A stretch of DNA of 64,000 nt from a virus, in the IMG/VR virus record IMGVR_UViG_3300037010_003037, positions 1 through 64,000 of that record. One strand, written 5' to 3'. The notes under the pieces are model-generated. The model made no database searches and was not told the DNA's origin. It worked only from the letters and a program-made list of their open reading frames with translations. A program made the translations under genes and the position numbers. Of the stretch, positions 35,339-45,266 are shown one piece after another. Position 1 is the first letter of the stretch; every line of letters starts with the position of its first letter.

Positions 35339-35797
35339 ATGCTGAAACAAATCGCAAACATCATCAATATTCCCTACATCGAAAATGATCTGGTTTCTCA
35401 GACCATCTTGCAACGCATCGTTGCAAAGCTTCCAAATGGCATGACTGAAGAGTCTGATGGTTTTGAGCAAGCTGTCTTGGAAGCCGAAGCTCAAGTTGAT
35501 CAAGAAGGTCAAATGGCAATCGTTTCTTTGGTCAAGCAAATGACGGCAGAGCCTGTTGAAAAAATGCTAAAGATCAAGTCGAGCCCTAAGGGTGCTCGTG
35601 TTAAGATTGCAGCGGCAAATGGCATTCGTTTTTCATTTGGCCCTATTTGGAATGAATCTGTTAAAAAAGGCAAAGGTATTGCGGTTGCTCCTGCAAACCG
35701 CGCAAAGCTCAATCATCAAGCTTTGCTGGTTGGTATTGCTAACCCAGAAACGATGGAAGCAAGTGCTCTTTGTGCAGAAATTTCCAAAACGCTATAA
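35339..35797 (+). CDS. Hypothetical protein, paralogue of 35916..36371
   Basis: AGGAG RBS; FSFGPIWNESVKKGKGIAVAPAN motif. Confidence 0.75.
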   Translation: MLKQIANIINIPYIENDLVSQTILQRIVAKLPNGMTEESDGFEQAVLEAEAQVDQEGQMAIVSLVKQMTAEPVEKMLKIKSSPKGARVKIAAANGIRFSFGPIWNESVKKGKGIAVAPANRAKLNHQALLVGIANPETMEASALCAEISKTL

Positions 35798-35915
35798 AAA
35801 CACATTTTGATATTGTTGTGGTATAGTAGGTCGAATACCGCAACAATTTAGATTCGTGTCGACCAAACCGTGAACTAACACGCAAACACAATTCTTTTGA
35901 TGAAAGGAAATTAAA

Positions 35916-36371
35916 ATGACGCTGAATGAACTGATCGCCAAGTACAACGCTCTTGCTACTGTTGCTGGGCTTCCTACACGAAAGTGGTTTGAAAACAAAG
36001 CTAAAGCTGAAGCAGCTATTGCTGAAGTAGAGGCTAAAACCAAAGCAACTATCACTGAAGATAAAGCTGAAACTGAAGTAGCTATTACTGAAGTCAAGGC
36101 TGAAGAAGCTATTGCTGAATTCACGGAAAAGAGTAAGGGTGCTAAATTGAAGATTGCCAAGTCAATGAGGACTGTGAAAGTACATGAAAAAGGTCCTCGA
36201 GGCTTCAGGTTTGGACCTGTGTGGATGTCTTCAATCAAGGAAGGTAAAGGCATTGCTCTCTCGCCAGCAAACATGCCGAAACTTCTAGATACCGCAGCCC
36301 ACTTTGGGGTATCTGTTGATAACAAGGCGTCTCAAGCTGATATTGTTGCAGCCGTTGCAGCAGTAATTTAA
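35916..36371 (+). CDS. Hypothetical protein, paralogue of 35339..35797
   Basis: AAGGA RBS; FRFGPVWMSSIKEGKGIALSPAN; Ala/Glu repeats. Confidence 0.78.
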   Translation: MTLNELIAKYNALATVAGLPTRKWFENKAKAEAAIAEVEAKTKATITEDKAETEVAITEVKAEEAIAEFTEKSKGAKLKIAKSMRTVKVHEKGPRGFRFGPVWMSSIKEGKGIALSPANMPKLLDTAAHFGVSVDNKASQADIVAAVAAVI

Positions 36372-36392
36372 ATCGTGCAGTAGAGCACATAA

Positions 36393-36431
36393 TTCTAGGC
36401 CTACCTTTATCCTATAAAGGTAGGCCTAGAA
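36393..36431. terminator. 18-bp hairpin between convergent units
   Basis: ttctaggcctacctttat-cct-ataaaggtaggcctagaa. Confidence 0.7.
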
Positions 36432-36535
36432 GATCTTGATTGACTCTTCTTCATCTCGAATTCCAATGACGATGTATAGATTGTTTTGTATGAGTGTCAT
36501 GAAGAAATCCGTTAGGATCTTATCATCCCCTCAGT

Positions 36536-36733
36536 TTAAGATTCATCATCTGTGCCAATTTTTACCATCTTTGGATTGACCATATCCCAAGCCACTGAAC
36601 CTATCGTGATGAGATATGTGTTGTAGATAAAACATGTAGTTCTTGACAAGTGAGTAAACTCGTTGCAAGTCGTTCCTTGAAGACGTTTGAAGTCATCTTT
36701 GGTGAGCTTAAGCAGCTTCCTTGTGCTCTTCAA
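36536..36733 (-). CDS. Hypothetical protein
   Basis: Short ORF directly downstream of 36749..37405; start uncertain. Confidence 0.4.
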   Translation of the reverse strand: MKSTRKLLKLTKDDFKRLQGTTCNEFTHLSRTTCFIYNTYLITIGSVAWDMVNPKMVKIGTDDES

Positions 36734-36748
36734 GAAGTTCTGCTACAC

Positions 36749-37405
36749 TCATTTCAGTTTAATCTCTAGTTTTTCAGCTAACTTGTCTTTAAAGTAGTAG
36801 TTTCTGACAGCAATGTAACTATCACCAGTGATAAGCACATCATCATACCTACCCTTAAGAACTTCTGCTAGCTCTGATGTAGAGCTAAATGATTTTGGAC
36901 GCATCTTGAGGATTTCCTCCTTCATGCGCTCTATGTCATCACCACTTCCAATTTCCCGCATCTTGAAGAACGTGTAGCCATCTTTCACGGATTCAAACAC
37001 TGTGCCAGTCCAACCGTCCTTCACGAAGATGACATAGACTGATCCCCAGGCTCTAGTCTTGTCAATATTTGTTGTGCAGAAAATGGAATTCATGCGAGTA
37101 GCCTTGAGACCAGCCGCAAGAAATGCCTGGTGCAGCTTCTGATGCGACTTCTCTTCCATTTCAACTGGTTTGCGGTCTTGATGAATCTTTGACTTGATGA
37201 CAACAGTTTCATCGCGGATTCCACGGTACAGAACTAGGCCAGTCTGTTGATAGGCCTTTAGCATCTCGCCACAGTTCTCAGTGATGATTTGAACGAGATG
37301 TTCATCATCCTTCGTGTCATCAATTTTCTTAGATTCGGGTTTGAGCACATCATGTTGTCCTTGTGCTGGATCAAACCATGCTTCAAACAGTTCTGCTACT
37401 TTCAT
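36749..37405 (-). CDS. Hypothetical protein, possible ADP-ribosyltransferase-like fold, with a capsid-targeting-like leader
   Basis: LVLYRGI, NSIFCTT..AWGSVYVIF; MKVAELFE-A; minus-strand TATAAATA at 37472-37479. Confidence 0.65.
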   Translation of the reverse strand: MKVAELFEAWFDPAQGQHDVLKPESKKIDDTKDDEHLVQIITENCGEMLKAYQQTGLVLYRGIRDETVVIKSKIHQDRKPVEMEEKSHQKLHQAFLAAGLKATRMNSIFCTTNIDKTRAWGSVYVIFVKDGWTGTVFESVKDGYTFFKMREIGSGDDIERMKEEILKMRPKSFSSTSELAEVLKGRYDDVLITGDSYIAVRNYYFKDKLAEKLEIKLK

Positions 37406-37718
37406 ATTATAATTTCACAAATGGTTACACAATTTTTGATGTTTACATTTTCAGATTCATAGTATAATTTTTATTTATAAAAGTAGTAAAGTGAGAAAAA
37501 TACACGATCTTTAGTCATGTGTATGAATCGCTAAACTTGTTTTTCAATATATTTTAGTGATGGTACCGATAAAATCATTTTCAATACTAGAAATAAAAAT
37601 ATATTGTCTGGTATCTAGATCACAGCACAGCCCGAGCTACTGGATACCAGAACTACAATCGCGAAATGAAAAAGAAAGATACTGCGACCTGAATGGTCCT
37701 GATTCTTACTGACATCAG

Positions 37719-37747
37719 TTTACACAGGACATCCTGCGTAATAAAAT
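37719..37747 (+). promoter_or_regulatory. Early promoter for the topoisomerase gene
   Basis: gTTTACA, 17 nt, TAAAAT. Confidence 0.7.
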
Positions 37748-37776
37748 AATCTACATCTAACTAACAACGAGACCTC

Positions 37777-39726
37777 ATGACAAAAGACAAGACGATTGAA
37801 CAGAAATTTCGTAAGCTATCGGAGATTGAACATTGCCTATTGAGGCCTGGACGCTACATCGGTTCAATCACGCCTCACACTTCACAGGAATACATTCCTG
37901 TTGTCAAGTCGGCAACCGACGTTTCGATGGTTCGCCGTGAAGTCACCTACAACCCTGGCTTCCTGAAACTCTTCGATGAAGTCATCTCCAACTCTGCTGA
38001 CCACTCAAAGCGGCCTGAGGGCAAGCATCTCGATACGATCCGCGTTGAAGTTGATCAATCTAAGGGCGAGATCAGCATCTTCGACAACGGCGGTATCCCG
38101 GTTGTCAAGCACGCTGAGTACAACCAGTGGGTTCCTGAGATGATCTTTGAACTTCGCGCTGGCTCTAACTTCGACGATGACGATCAAGCAATGCTTACCG
38201 GACAAAACGGTGAGGGTGCTGCTCTGACGAACATCTTCTCCCGCAAGTTCGTGGTCGAAACCTGTGATGGCAAGAACAAGTTCAAGATGATCTTTGAGGA
38301 CAACTCTCAAAATCGCAAGCCCGCAAAGGTTGAATCTGCAGCAGGTGTCAAAGGATTCACGCGGATCACATACATTCCCGACTTCGAGAAGCTGGGAATG
38401 ACTGGTATTGACCAAGACAACCTAGACATGCTCATCGCTCGTGTCTATCAAGTTGCCGCTGTAAACACACACCTAAAGGTTTACTTCAACGGGACTCGTG
38501 TGATGACGCGCTCGTTCAAGGACTACATTGAGATGTTTGTCGGCAAAGATGGTGAATACGCGTACGATGAAACTGAGCACTGGAAGGTAGGTGTAGCAAG
38601 TTCTGAGGATGGATTTCAGCACATCTCCTTCGTAAATGGTACGCACACGAAGATCGGTGGTACTCATGTTTTGTACGTGGGCATGCAGATTTGGGAACGC
38701 ATCCGCGAATACATCAAAAAGAAGCACAAGGTGGACATTAAGCCATCTGAGCTGCGTCAGCACATGACGCTGTTCATTGATTGCTCGATCGTGAATCCAC
38801 GCTATTCAAGCCAAACAAAAGACGATCTTATCACCGAGGTCAAGGACTATAAAACAAGCTGGACAGCGCCTGACAAGATGATTAATAAGATCGTCAAGTC
38901 AACGATCATACAGAACATTCTTGACTGGGCAGCTGCAAAGCAATACCAGGAAGAAATGAGAGAGCTACGCAAGCTTAATAAGGAAACTGATAAAGCTGAT
39001 CCCCGCCGTGTTGAAAAGTTTTCTGACGCCTTTGAGAAAAAAGAACGTCATAAGTGCGTCATCTTTCTGACAGAAGGAGATTCCGCTGCAAAATCTGTCC
39101 AAGCTGGGCGTGGTAAGAATCCATATATTGCAAGCTTCCCATTGCGTGGTAAGCCGTTGAACGTTCGAGAAAAAGACACAAAGCGAATTTTAGAAAACGA
39201 GGAAATCAAGAAGATTCTAACAATCATCGGTTTGAAGCTTGGTGAGAAGGTTACCTCTATCGCTCAGCTTCGATTTGGTCGCATTGCTTTCACGACAGAT
39301 GCAGACGTTGATGGAGCACATATCTCTGGGTTGCTAATGAATCTATTTGACCATTTTTGGCCGGAGTTGTTTGATCTTGGTGTCATTTGCGTATTTCGCA
39401 CTCCTTTGGTAAAAGTAATTCTAAAAGACAAGACGGTTCTGGAATTTTTCACGGAGCGCGAGTTCAAGGAATGGGAAAAGACGGATGGGCAGAAGCTAAA
39501 AGGTTGGACCCATAAGTACTACAAAGGACTTGGTACGAGCACTGCCGCCGAGTTCAAGAACTATTTTGAAAACATGGATAACTATCTGTTCAAGATTGAG
39601 ATGGCTGACAAGGAAGACAAAGATGCTATTGATCTAGCATTCAACAGCCAGCGCGCTGATGATCGCAAGAAATGGCTAGAAACTGGCGCGGCAAATTTTG
39701 AGGATTTTATCATGGAAGCTGTATGA
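37777..39726 (+). CDS. 39: Type IIA DNA topoisomerase, ATPase + TOPRIM subunit (T4 gp39+gp60 equivalent)
   Basis: EHCLLRPGRYIGS, KLFDEVISNSAD, DNGGIPV, GSNFDD, GQNGEGA, LTEGDSA, PLRGK, DADVDG, YYKGLGTS. Confidence 0.95.
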   Translation: MTKDKTIEQKFRKLSEIEHCLLRPGRYIGSITPHTSQEYIPVVKSATDVSMVRREVTYNPGFLKLFDEVISNSADHSKRPEGKHLDTIRVEVDQSKGEISIFDNGGIPVVKHAEYNQWVPEMIFELRAGSNFDDDDQAMLTGQNGEGAALTNIFSRKFVVETCDGKNKFKMIFEDNSQNRKPAKVESAAGVKGFTRITYIPDFEKLGMTGIDQDNLDMLIARVYQVAAVNTHLKVYFNGTRVMTRSFKDYIEMFVGKDGEYAYDETEHWKVGVASSEDGFQHISFVNGTHTKIGGTHVLYVGMQIWERIREYIKKKHKVDIKPSELRQHMTLFIDCSIVNPRYSSQTKDDLITEVKDYKTSWTAPDKMINKIVKSTIIQNILDWAAAKQYQEEMRELRKLNKETDKADPRRVEKFSDAFEKKERHKCVIFLTEGDSAAKSVQAGRGKNPYIASFPLRGKPLNVREKDTKRILENEEIKKILTIIGLKLGEKVTSIAQLRFGRIAFTTDADVDGAHISGLLMNLFDHFWPELFDLGVICVFRTPLVKVILKDKTVLEFFTEREFKEWEKTDGQKLKGWTHKYYKGLGTSTAAEFKNYFENMDNYLFKIEMADKEDKDAIDLAFNSQRADDRKKWLETGAANFEDFIMEAV

Positions 39727-39959
39727 AAGTTATTAAATTTCTGATTGCTGTAGCGCTCATCATTTTAACAATCATTATTTTTGCGTTCGTGCAGAAAGCT
39801 GTGATGCTTTATGGACTGGTTGTTGGAATGACTGAGTTTGGTGCTAGTATTATCGGTTTAATCACAGTTGTATTCTTGTTGGTGATGTTCATTATGATTG
39901 ATCATGTAGGCGATTGGATTGTTGATCCATTTACTAATAAAAATGATAGTAAAAAATGA
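39723..39959 (+). CDS. Small two-TM membrane protein
   Basis: ATGA overlap; two hydrophobic helices. Confidence 0.65.
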   Translation: MKVIKFLIAVALIILTIIIFAFVQKAVMLYGLVVGMTEFGASIIGLITVVFLLVMFIMIDHVGDWIVDPFTNKNDSKK

Positions 39960-39970
39960 TATGAAGATTA

Positions 39971-40038
39971 TTGACAACATCTAAAAATAATCGATAAAAT
40001 CAAAATAAGTTTACACGATACATTAACCTAATTATAAT
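39971..40038 (+). promoter_or_regulatory. Two tandem sigma70-type promoters before the second topoisomerase subunit
   Basis: TTGACA 39971 / TAAAAT 39995; TTTACA 40010 / 17 nt / TATAAT 40033. Confidence 0.65.
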
Positions 40039-40043
40039 TACAC

Positions 40044-41417
40044 ATGGCAAATAAATCTATTTCAAACATGACAAAACACGCTGCTGGTCGTCGAATTCGT
40101 GTTAAGCACTTTATGAACTCTGCGTTTAAGGAGTTCTCGTTGTATGACAATGTGCGGTCAATTCCTATTCTGTTTGATGGCATGAAACCATCACAGCGAA
40201 AAGCAGTATATGGCGTGCAACTTCGTGGTGAGAATGCTCCTGAAATTCAGGTGGAACGCCTTGCAGCCCAAGTTGCCGCAGCTACTGACTACCACCACGG
40301 CACAGGCTCAATGGAAGGTACCATTATTGGTATGGCGACTAACTATGCTGGCGCCAACAACATGAACCTTTTCATGCCAAATGGACAGTTCGGTTCTCGC
40401 TTGACTAAAGAAGCTGCCGCAGGTCGATACATTTTCACAAAATTCTCTCCGTACTTTCGTCAGCTCTTCAAGAAGGAGGATGACTCCATTCTTGAGAACA
40501 ACATGGTTGATGGCGAAAAGATCGAACCTAAGTTCTACATTCCTTTGCTACCGATGATGCTCATCAATGGAGCGCAAGGTACTGGAACAGGTCATGCTTG
40601 CTTGATCATGAACTATCATCCTGAACAAGTTCGGGACGCGTGCATGAAAGTTTTGGACGGTAAGAAGCTTACTAAAGGAATGTTGACACCATGGTATCGT
40701 GGTTTTTCTGGTACGATCGTTCGCAGTGCTGAAACAGGTCAAGTCATTATTACAGGCAAGCTTGAAGTAGTGAATAGTACTACTATCAAGATCACCGAAA
40801 TCCCCATTGGTGTGTATCTTGACACTTACAAAGAACATTTGACGAAGCTAGAAGATGCGGGTTTCATCAAAGATTTTGAAGACCGTTCAACTGAGGAAGG
40901 TTTTGAGTTTGTGGTAACGTGCCCCCGCAGCACAACAGCTCTTGATCATGAAGAGCTCCTCAAGAAGTTCAAACTAATCAGCCGCGATACTGAAAACCTA
41001 ACACTGTGGAATGAAAATGGAATTCTTGAGCGTTTTGAAACCGTCGAGGATATCATTGAGCGGTTCGTGGCGTGGCGAGTTGCTCGCTATGAAGATCGTC
41101 GACAGAAGCTGATTGCTGAAACCACCGAATCGATTCGTTGGATGAATGAGAAGCTTCGTTTCATTCTCTTTTACCTATCGAACGTTGATGCTTTTAAGAA
41201 CAAGAAAAAAGAAGATCTCGTCAAAATGCTTTTAGAGAACAAGTTCGAGGATTACGACCGTCTTCTTCAGATGGCAATGTGGAACCTTACCAAGGACAAG
41301 ATTGATGAGCTAAAGAAACAAATTGATGAGGAAAAGAAACATCTTGCTGGCCTGGAAGCTGACACAGCGCAGGCGATGTACAAGCGTGAATTGAAAGAAT
41401 TCAAGTACGTTTACTAA
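40044..41417 (+). CDS. 52: Type IIA DNA topoisomerase, breakage-reunion subunit (T4 gp52 equivalent)
   Basis: RSIP..DGMKPSQRK, YHHG, GQFGSR, AAAGRYIFT catalytic Tyr, IEPKFYIPLLPM, ITEIPIG. Confidence 0.95.
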   Translation: MANKSISNMTKHAAGRRIRVKHFMNSAFKEFSLYDNVRSIPILFDGMKPSQRKAVYGVQLRGENAPEIQVERLAAQVAAATDYHHGTGSMEGTIIGMATNYAGANNMNLFMPNGQFGSRLTKEAAAGRYIFTKFSPYFRQLFKKEDDSILENNMVDGEKIEPKFYIPLLPMMLINGAQGTGTGHACLIMNYHPEQVRDACMKVLDGKKLTKGMLTPWYRGFSGTIVRSAETGQVIITGKLEVVNSTTIKITEIPIGVYLDTYKEHLTKLEDAGFIKDFEDRSTEEGFEFVVTCPRSTTALDHEELLKKFKLISRDTENLTLWNENGILERFETVEDIIERFVAWRVARYEDRRQKLIAETTESIRWMNEKLRFILFYLSNVDAFKNKKKEDLVKMLLENKFEDYDRLLQMAMWNLTKDKIDELKKQIDEEKKHLAGLEADTAQAMYKRELKEFKYVY

Positions 41418-41437
41418 CTTAGCACCTAATTCAACAA

Positions 41438-41809
41438 ATGGAAAATTTTTTCTATAAAACACTTGCATTTTCATTTATGCCAATGCTGCTAGCATTGCAT
41501 GCTGTCACTCAGTACAACGTATTTTTATACATCTACAGCGCGTTGTTGATTTTTACCATCATCTTCTTTTTGATTGGTATTTTTACGGTATTGCGTAATA
41601 TGGATGATGTTGAGATGATGAAATCAGCTGAAGTGACAATGCCAAAGCCATGGAAAGTGTTTGTTAGCACATTGTACAACTTTTTAGCGCTAGCGTATTT
41701 GCTATACATTAAAGCATATGCGGTAGCCTCAATTCTTGTTTTTCTTATCATTATTCTTATGGCTAGCATGGCTATGCTATGGTCAATTCGTAAAGCAGTA
41801 AAACAATAA
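41438..41809 (+). CDS. Hypothetical four-TM membrane protein
   Basis: Four hydrophobic segments. Confidence 0.7.
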   Translation: MENFFYKTLAFSFMPMLLALHAVTQYNVFLYIYSALLIFTIIFFLIGIFTVLRNMDDVEMMKSAEVTMPKPWKVFVSTLYNFLALAYLLYIKAYAVASILVFLIIILMASMAMLWSIRKAVKQ

Positions 41810-41825
41810 CATAGTTTGTAAAAAA

Positions 41826-42632
41826 ATGAAAGATTACTACGCTATTCTAGGCCTAGCTAAAGATGCCACTGAAGAAGAAATTAAGTCTGCTTATCGTAAG
41901 TTAGCGATGAAGTACCATCCAGATCGTGAAGGTGGCGATGAAAGCAAATTTAAAGACATCAATGAAGCATATGAAACACTAAGCGATTCTGCCAAGCGAC
42001 GGGTGTATGATGCAAAAAGCCCAGGTAACAAATACACCTCATTCTTTGAAGATTTTTTACGTGGAACGATGTTTACCCAATATGAGGGGTTTTCTAATAT
42101 CCGAACTGCAATGGTTGATATTAATCTGCATGACGCGTATCATGGTGCGCAAAAGATCATACACCTTCATCAGTTTGGTCAATCTGTTACGCTAGATATT
42201 CCACCAGGAATTCAACAAGACCAACGCGTTGGATCTTTTACCGTGCCGAATGGTGTTGTTTATCATGTTCTTGCAAATCTAAAAAATGATCCAAACTATG
42301 ACTATGATGATGGGCGTCATGATCTGAGTCGTAAAGGAAATATCTACGTTAACATAGGCGTTTCTCCGTTCAAAATGATCTGCGGAGGTTTTGTTGAATA
42401 TACGTGCATTGACGGCGATGTAGTACAAGTTCGGATTCCTGAGGGTCTAGGCGCAGGTAAGTTGCTGAAGATTAAGGAACGTGGCTATTGGAAAAATGAA
42501 AAGTGTTCCCACCGTGGTGACTGTTTTCTAAGGGTTACACCTAACATTATGAAGCTTAGTGATTATCCTGCCAGTGACATTAAAATGCTCATGGAAAAAT
42601 ATAAAGAGATTTCTGAACAAAAGCCGGATTAA
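41826..42632 (+). CDS. dnaJ: DnaJ/CbpA-like co-chaperone
   Basis: [26 protein letters not shown]-domain; C-terminal LDIPPG / VRIPEG / RGD.F repeats; no zinc finger. Confidence 0.9.
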   Translation: MKDYYAILGLAKDATEEEIKSAYRKLAMKYHPDREGGDESKFKDINEAYETLSDSAKRRVYDAKSPGNKYTSFFEDFLRGTMFTQYEGFSNIRTAMVDINLHDAYHGAQKIIHLHQFGQSVTLDIPPGIQQDQRVGSFTVPNGVVYHVLANLKNDPNYDYDDGRHDLSRKGNIYVNIGVSPFKMICGGFVEYTCIDGDVVQVRIPEGLGAGKLLKIKERGYWKNEKCSHRGDCFLRVTPNIMKLSDYPASDIKMLMEKYKEISEQKPD

Positions 42633-42712
42633 ACATATTAGATCTTGTTAATGATGTTCAATGAAATCATCATTGAATAAATAAAATTTAATTAAACTCA
42701 TACTATATCAAA

Positions 42713-42982
42713 ATGTCTTCATCACCTATCGATGCTGCTATTCTTGCCGCTCTTGACGATGTAATTACAAAGCTTGCTAAAGAACTAGTTGTTCTTAATC
42801 CACTCTTGGATGAAAAAAATGCTGACTTGATAATTACTCACAATGGCAGAGACATTGTAATTCACGCCCCCTTGTATTTCAAGGCCTACATTCCAAAGAA
42901 GTACGATAGTTGGAATGTAGTTTTTGTTGAATCTACAGGTAATGAAATTGACATTGACATTGACAGCATCATATCGATATAA
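42713..42982 (+). CDS. Hypothetical protein
   Basis: ORF abuts thyA. Confidence 0.6.
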   Translation: MSSSPIDAAILAALDDVITKLAKELVVLNPLLDEKNADLIITHNGRDIVIHAPLYFKAYIPKKYDSWNVVFVESTGNEIDIDIDSIISI

Positions 42983-42984
42983 AA

Positions 42985-43911
42985 ATGGAACAACAATATC
43001 TTCAACTGCTTAATGATGTTCTTCTCAATGGAGAAGATCGTATGGATCGTACTGGTGTTGGCACTCGCTCAGTTTTCGGTCGACAGATTCGCTGTGATTT
43101 AAATGACGGTTTCCCAGCCATTACAACAAAGAAATTGTTTTGGAAACCGTTGGTTGCAGAACTACTGTGGTTCATTGAAGGAAGCGGAGATGAGCGCCGG
43201 CTTGCTGAAATCCAACATGGTACTAGAGATGCAAGCGCAATCACCATTTGGACTGCGAACGCGCAAGCCGATTACTGGAAACACAAAGCAAAATTTGATG
43301 GCGATGTCGGACGCATTTATGGAGTCCAATGGAGAAAATGGCGAGGATTTAAGCTAGATTCAGCAGGTCATGCTGTACAACACGATGATCCAAATAAGAC
43401 TATCACGTTTTTTAATGCAAAAGTTCAGCGCTGGGAAGTTGATCAACTTGCTAATATCATTCATTCACTTAAGTCAAATCCGGCAGACCGTCGAATGATC
43501 TTGAGTGCGTTTAACGCTGGCGAGCTTGATCAGATGGCACTTCCACCATGTCATATGTTCGCGCAGTTTCATTGCAGTGAAAAGGGACGTCTTAGTTGTC
43601 AGGTGTACATTCGTTCAAATGATTTGTTTCTTGGACTGCCATTCAACATTGCCAGTTATGCGTTGCTAACACATATGTTAGCACAGGTAACTGGTAAGAC
43701 GGTTGGAGATTTAATCATCACAATTGGCGATGCACACATTTACCTTAATCACATTGAACAGGTAAAAGAACAGCTTACACGGACACCCTTCAAGGCGCCT
43801 TCCTTAGTTCTGAACCCTAACATAATGGATATTAACCAGTTCACGATGAACGATATCATGTTAAAGAACTACGAATCTCACCCAGCTATTAAAGCACCAA
43901 TGGCGGTTTAA
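42985..43911 (+). CDS. thyA: Thymidylate synthase ThyA
   Basis: DRTGVGT, ELLWFIEG, YGVQWR, RRMILSA, MALPPCH, RSNDLFLGLPFNIASY, GDAHIYLNH, IKAPMAV; uninterrupted. Confidence 0.97.
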   Translation: MEQQYLQLLNDVLLNGEDRMDRTGVGTRSVFGRQIRCDLNDGFPAITTKKLFWKPLVAELLWFIEGSGDERRLAEIQHGTRDASAITIWTANAQADYWKHKAKFDGDVGRIYGVQWRKWRGFKLDSAGHAVQHDDPNKTITFFNAKVQRWEVDQLANIIHSLKSNPADRRMILSAFNAGELDQMALPPCHMFAQFHCSEKGRLSCQVYIRSNDLFLGLPFNIASYALLTHMLAQVTGKTVGDLIITIGDAHIYLNHIEQVKEQLTRTPFKAPSLVLNPNIMDINQFTMNDIMLKNYESHPAIKAPMAV

Positions 43912-43912
43912 T

Positions 43913-44290
43913 ATGTTAAATTTCGTTCCTAAAGATTCTATTTCAAAACAGCTGCTTAAAAGCATTCCACGTAAGTTCGTTACTTGGATGGAAAATATAG
44001 ATCATGACCAAATTAATAAAGGTAAATTTGGTGATCTAGAATGGAGAGTTGACACTGATAAGAGCTGGGTCACAGTGCTTTCCAGAGATATTACTGTAAG
44101 GTGGTCAGGATCTCATAACAATCCATCATGGATTGCTGGGTCTGATCCAGCATTTGAGAACATTGTTGACAACCTTGATTTTTTTGTGAGTGTTGAGAAG
44201 TCTATCTATGATGAGCTTGAAAAACTCCAAGAACATTACATCAGTTTAAATGCAACAGAAATTCCAATCCTCAAAAGCGCAGATAAATGA
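43913..44290 (+). CDS. Hypothetical protein
   Basis: ORF within the operon. Confidence 0.65.
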   Translation: MLNFVPKDSISKQLLKSIPRKFVTWMENIDHDQINKGKFGDLEWRVDTDKSWVTVLSRDITVRWSGSHNNPSWIAGSDPAFENIVDNLDFFVSVEKSIYDELEKLQEHYISLNATEIPILKSADK

Positions 44291-44696
44291 AATTTTTCGT
44301 CATTTAAGGCCAGTAAGATTTGATTCAAAGTCATTTACTATTGTGCCACAAAGAGATGGCGGTATTTCGTTTATGCTATTACCAAAAGCAAAGGGTGTTT
44401 ATTCTTATTGGGTGTATATTTGTCCAATGAATGCTCCATTCTCAGCTAAGGTTGCGGTGCACAACTTAAGAGACCGAACTAAACGTCAGGTTGAGCCATG
44501 GGGTGAAATTTCATTAAATGATGACCCAATTATTATTCAGCTTTTAAAGTCTGTTATGTCAGAAGAAAAATTATCAACAGAAATATCTAAAATGGCTTTT
44601 GACATAATGATGACGCACTGGGCTGCTGAGGCTAGAAAAGAAAAAGCTAAGTCGTATCATAAAGCAATACAAATTTATAAAGATGATCATCTATGA
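44250..44696 (+). CDS. Hypothetical protein
   Basis: ORF within the operon; stop overlaps the next start. Confidence 0.65.
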   Translation: MQQKFQSSKAQINEIFRHLRPVRFDSKSFTIVPQRDGGISFMLLPKAKGVYSYWVYICPMNAPFSAKVAVHNLRDRTKRQVEPWGEISLNDDPIIIQLLKSVMSEEKLSTEISKMAFDIMMTHWAAEARKEKAKSYHKAIQIYKDDHL

Positions 44697-45175
44697 AAAA
44701 GATCATTTTTGGTGATATCACAACTGCTCACACACATGAAAACAACATTATTGTTCATGGTTGCAATGCTCATGGTGTAATGGGTTCTGGAGTAGCCATG
44801 GCTATTCGAAACAAATGGCCTGGAGCTTTTGATGAATACAGCGCTTACGTAAAGATGAAAGGCGCCGGTAATCCAGAATTGCTTGGTAAGGTTATTCCAT
44901 ATGCTGATAGTGATAATCATATCATAATCGCGAATGCTATCACGCAGCTTGATTTTGGAAAAGATGGAAAAAAGTACGTAAGCTATCAAGCAATTGATAT
45001 GGTGTTCAAAACCATTGCGGAAATTGCTTCTAACTTCAATGGATCACTTGGAATTCATTATCCACAAATTGGTGCAGGATTTGGCGGTGGTGATTGGACT
45101 ATCATTTCTGATATCATCGAAACCGTGTTTGCTAAGTATCCTTATCTAGATCATTATCTTTGGATAATGGAATGA
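44693..45175 (+). CDS. Macrodomain protein (ADP-ribose binding/hydrolase, Poa1p/TARG1-like)
   Basis: GDIT, IVHGCNAHGVMGSGVAMAIRNKWP, IANAITQ, YPQIGAGFGGGDW. Confidence 0.9.
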   Translation: MKKIIFGDITTAHTHENNIIVHGCNAHGVMGSGVAMAIRNKWPGAFDEYSAYVKMKGAGNPELLGKVIPYADSDNHIIIANAITQLDFGKDGKKYVSYQAIDMVFKTIAEIASNFNGSLGIHYPQIGAGFGGGDWTIISDIIETVFAKYPYLDHYLWIME

Positions 45176-45266
45176 AGCTCAAATTACACCCACTGTACTA
45201 AATGCAAATCACCTTTTGCCATGATTTCAGTAAATAAGGGTATTGGAAAACTTTAAAATTCACATT

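Noticed and set aside
37557-37712. 51-codon ORF / hairpin (tctggtatc..gataccaga) upstream of the topoisomerase
   Set aside because: No convincing RBS or recognisable motif; cannot be supported as a CDS or ncRNA from sequence alone.
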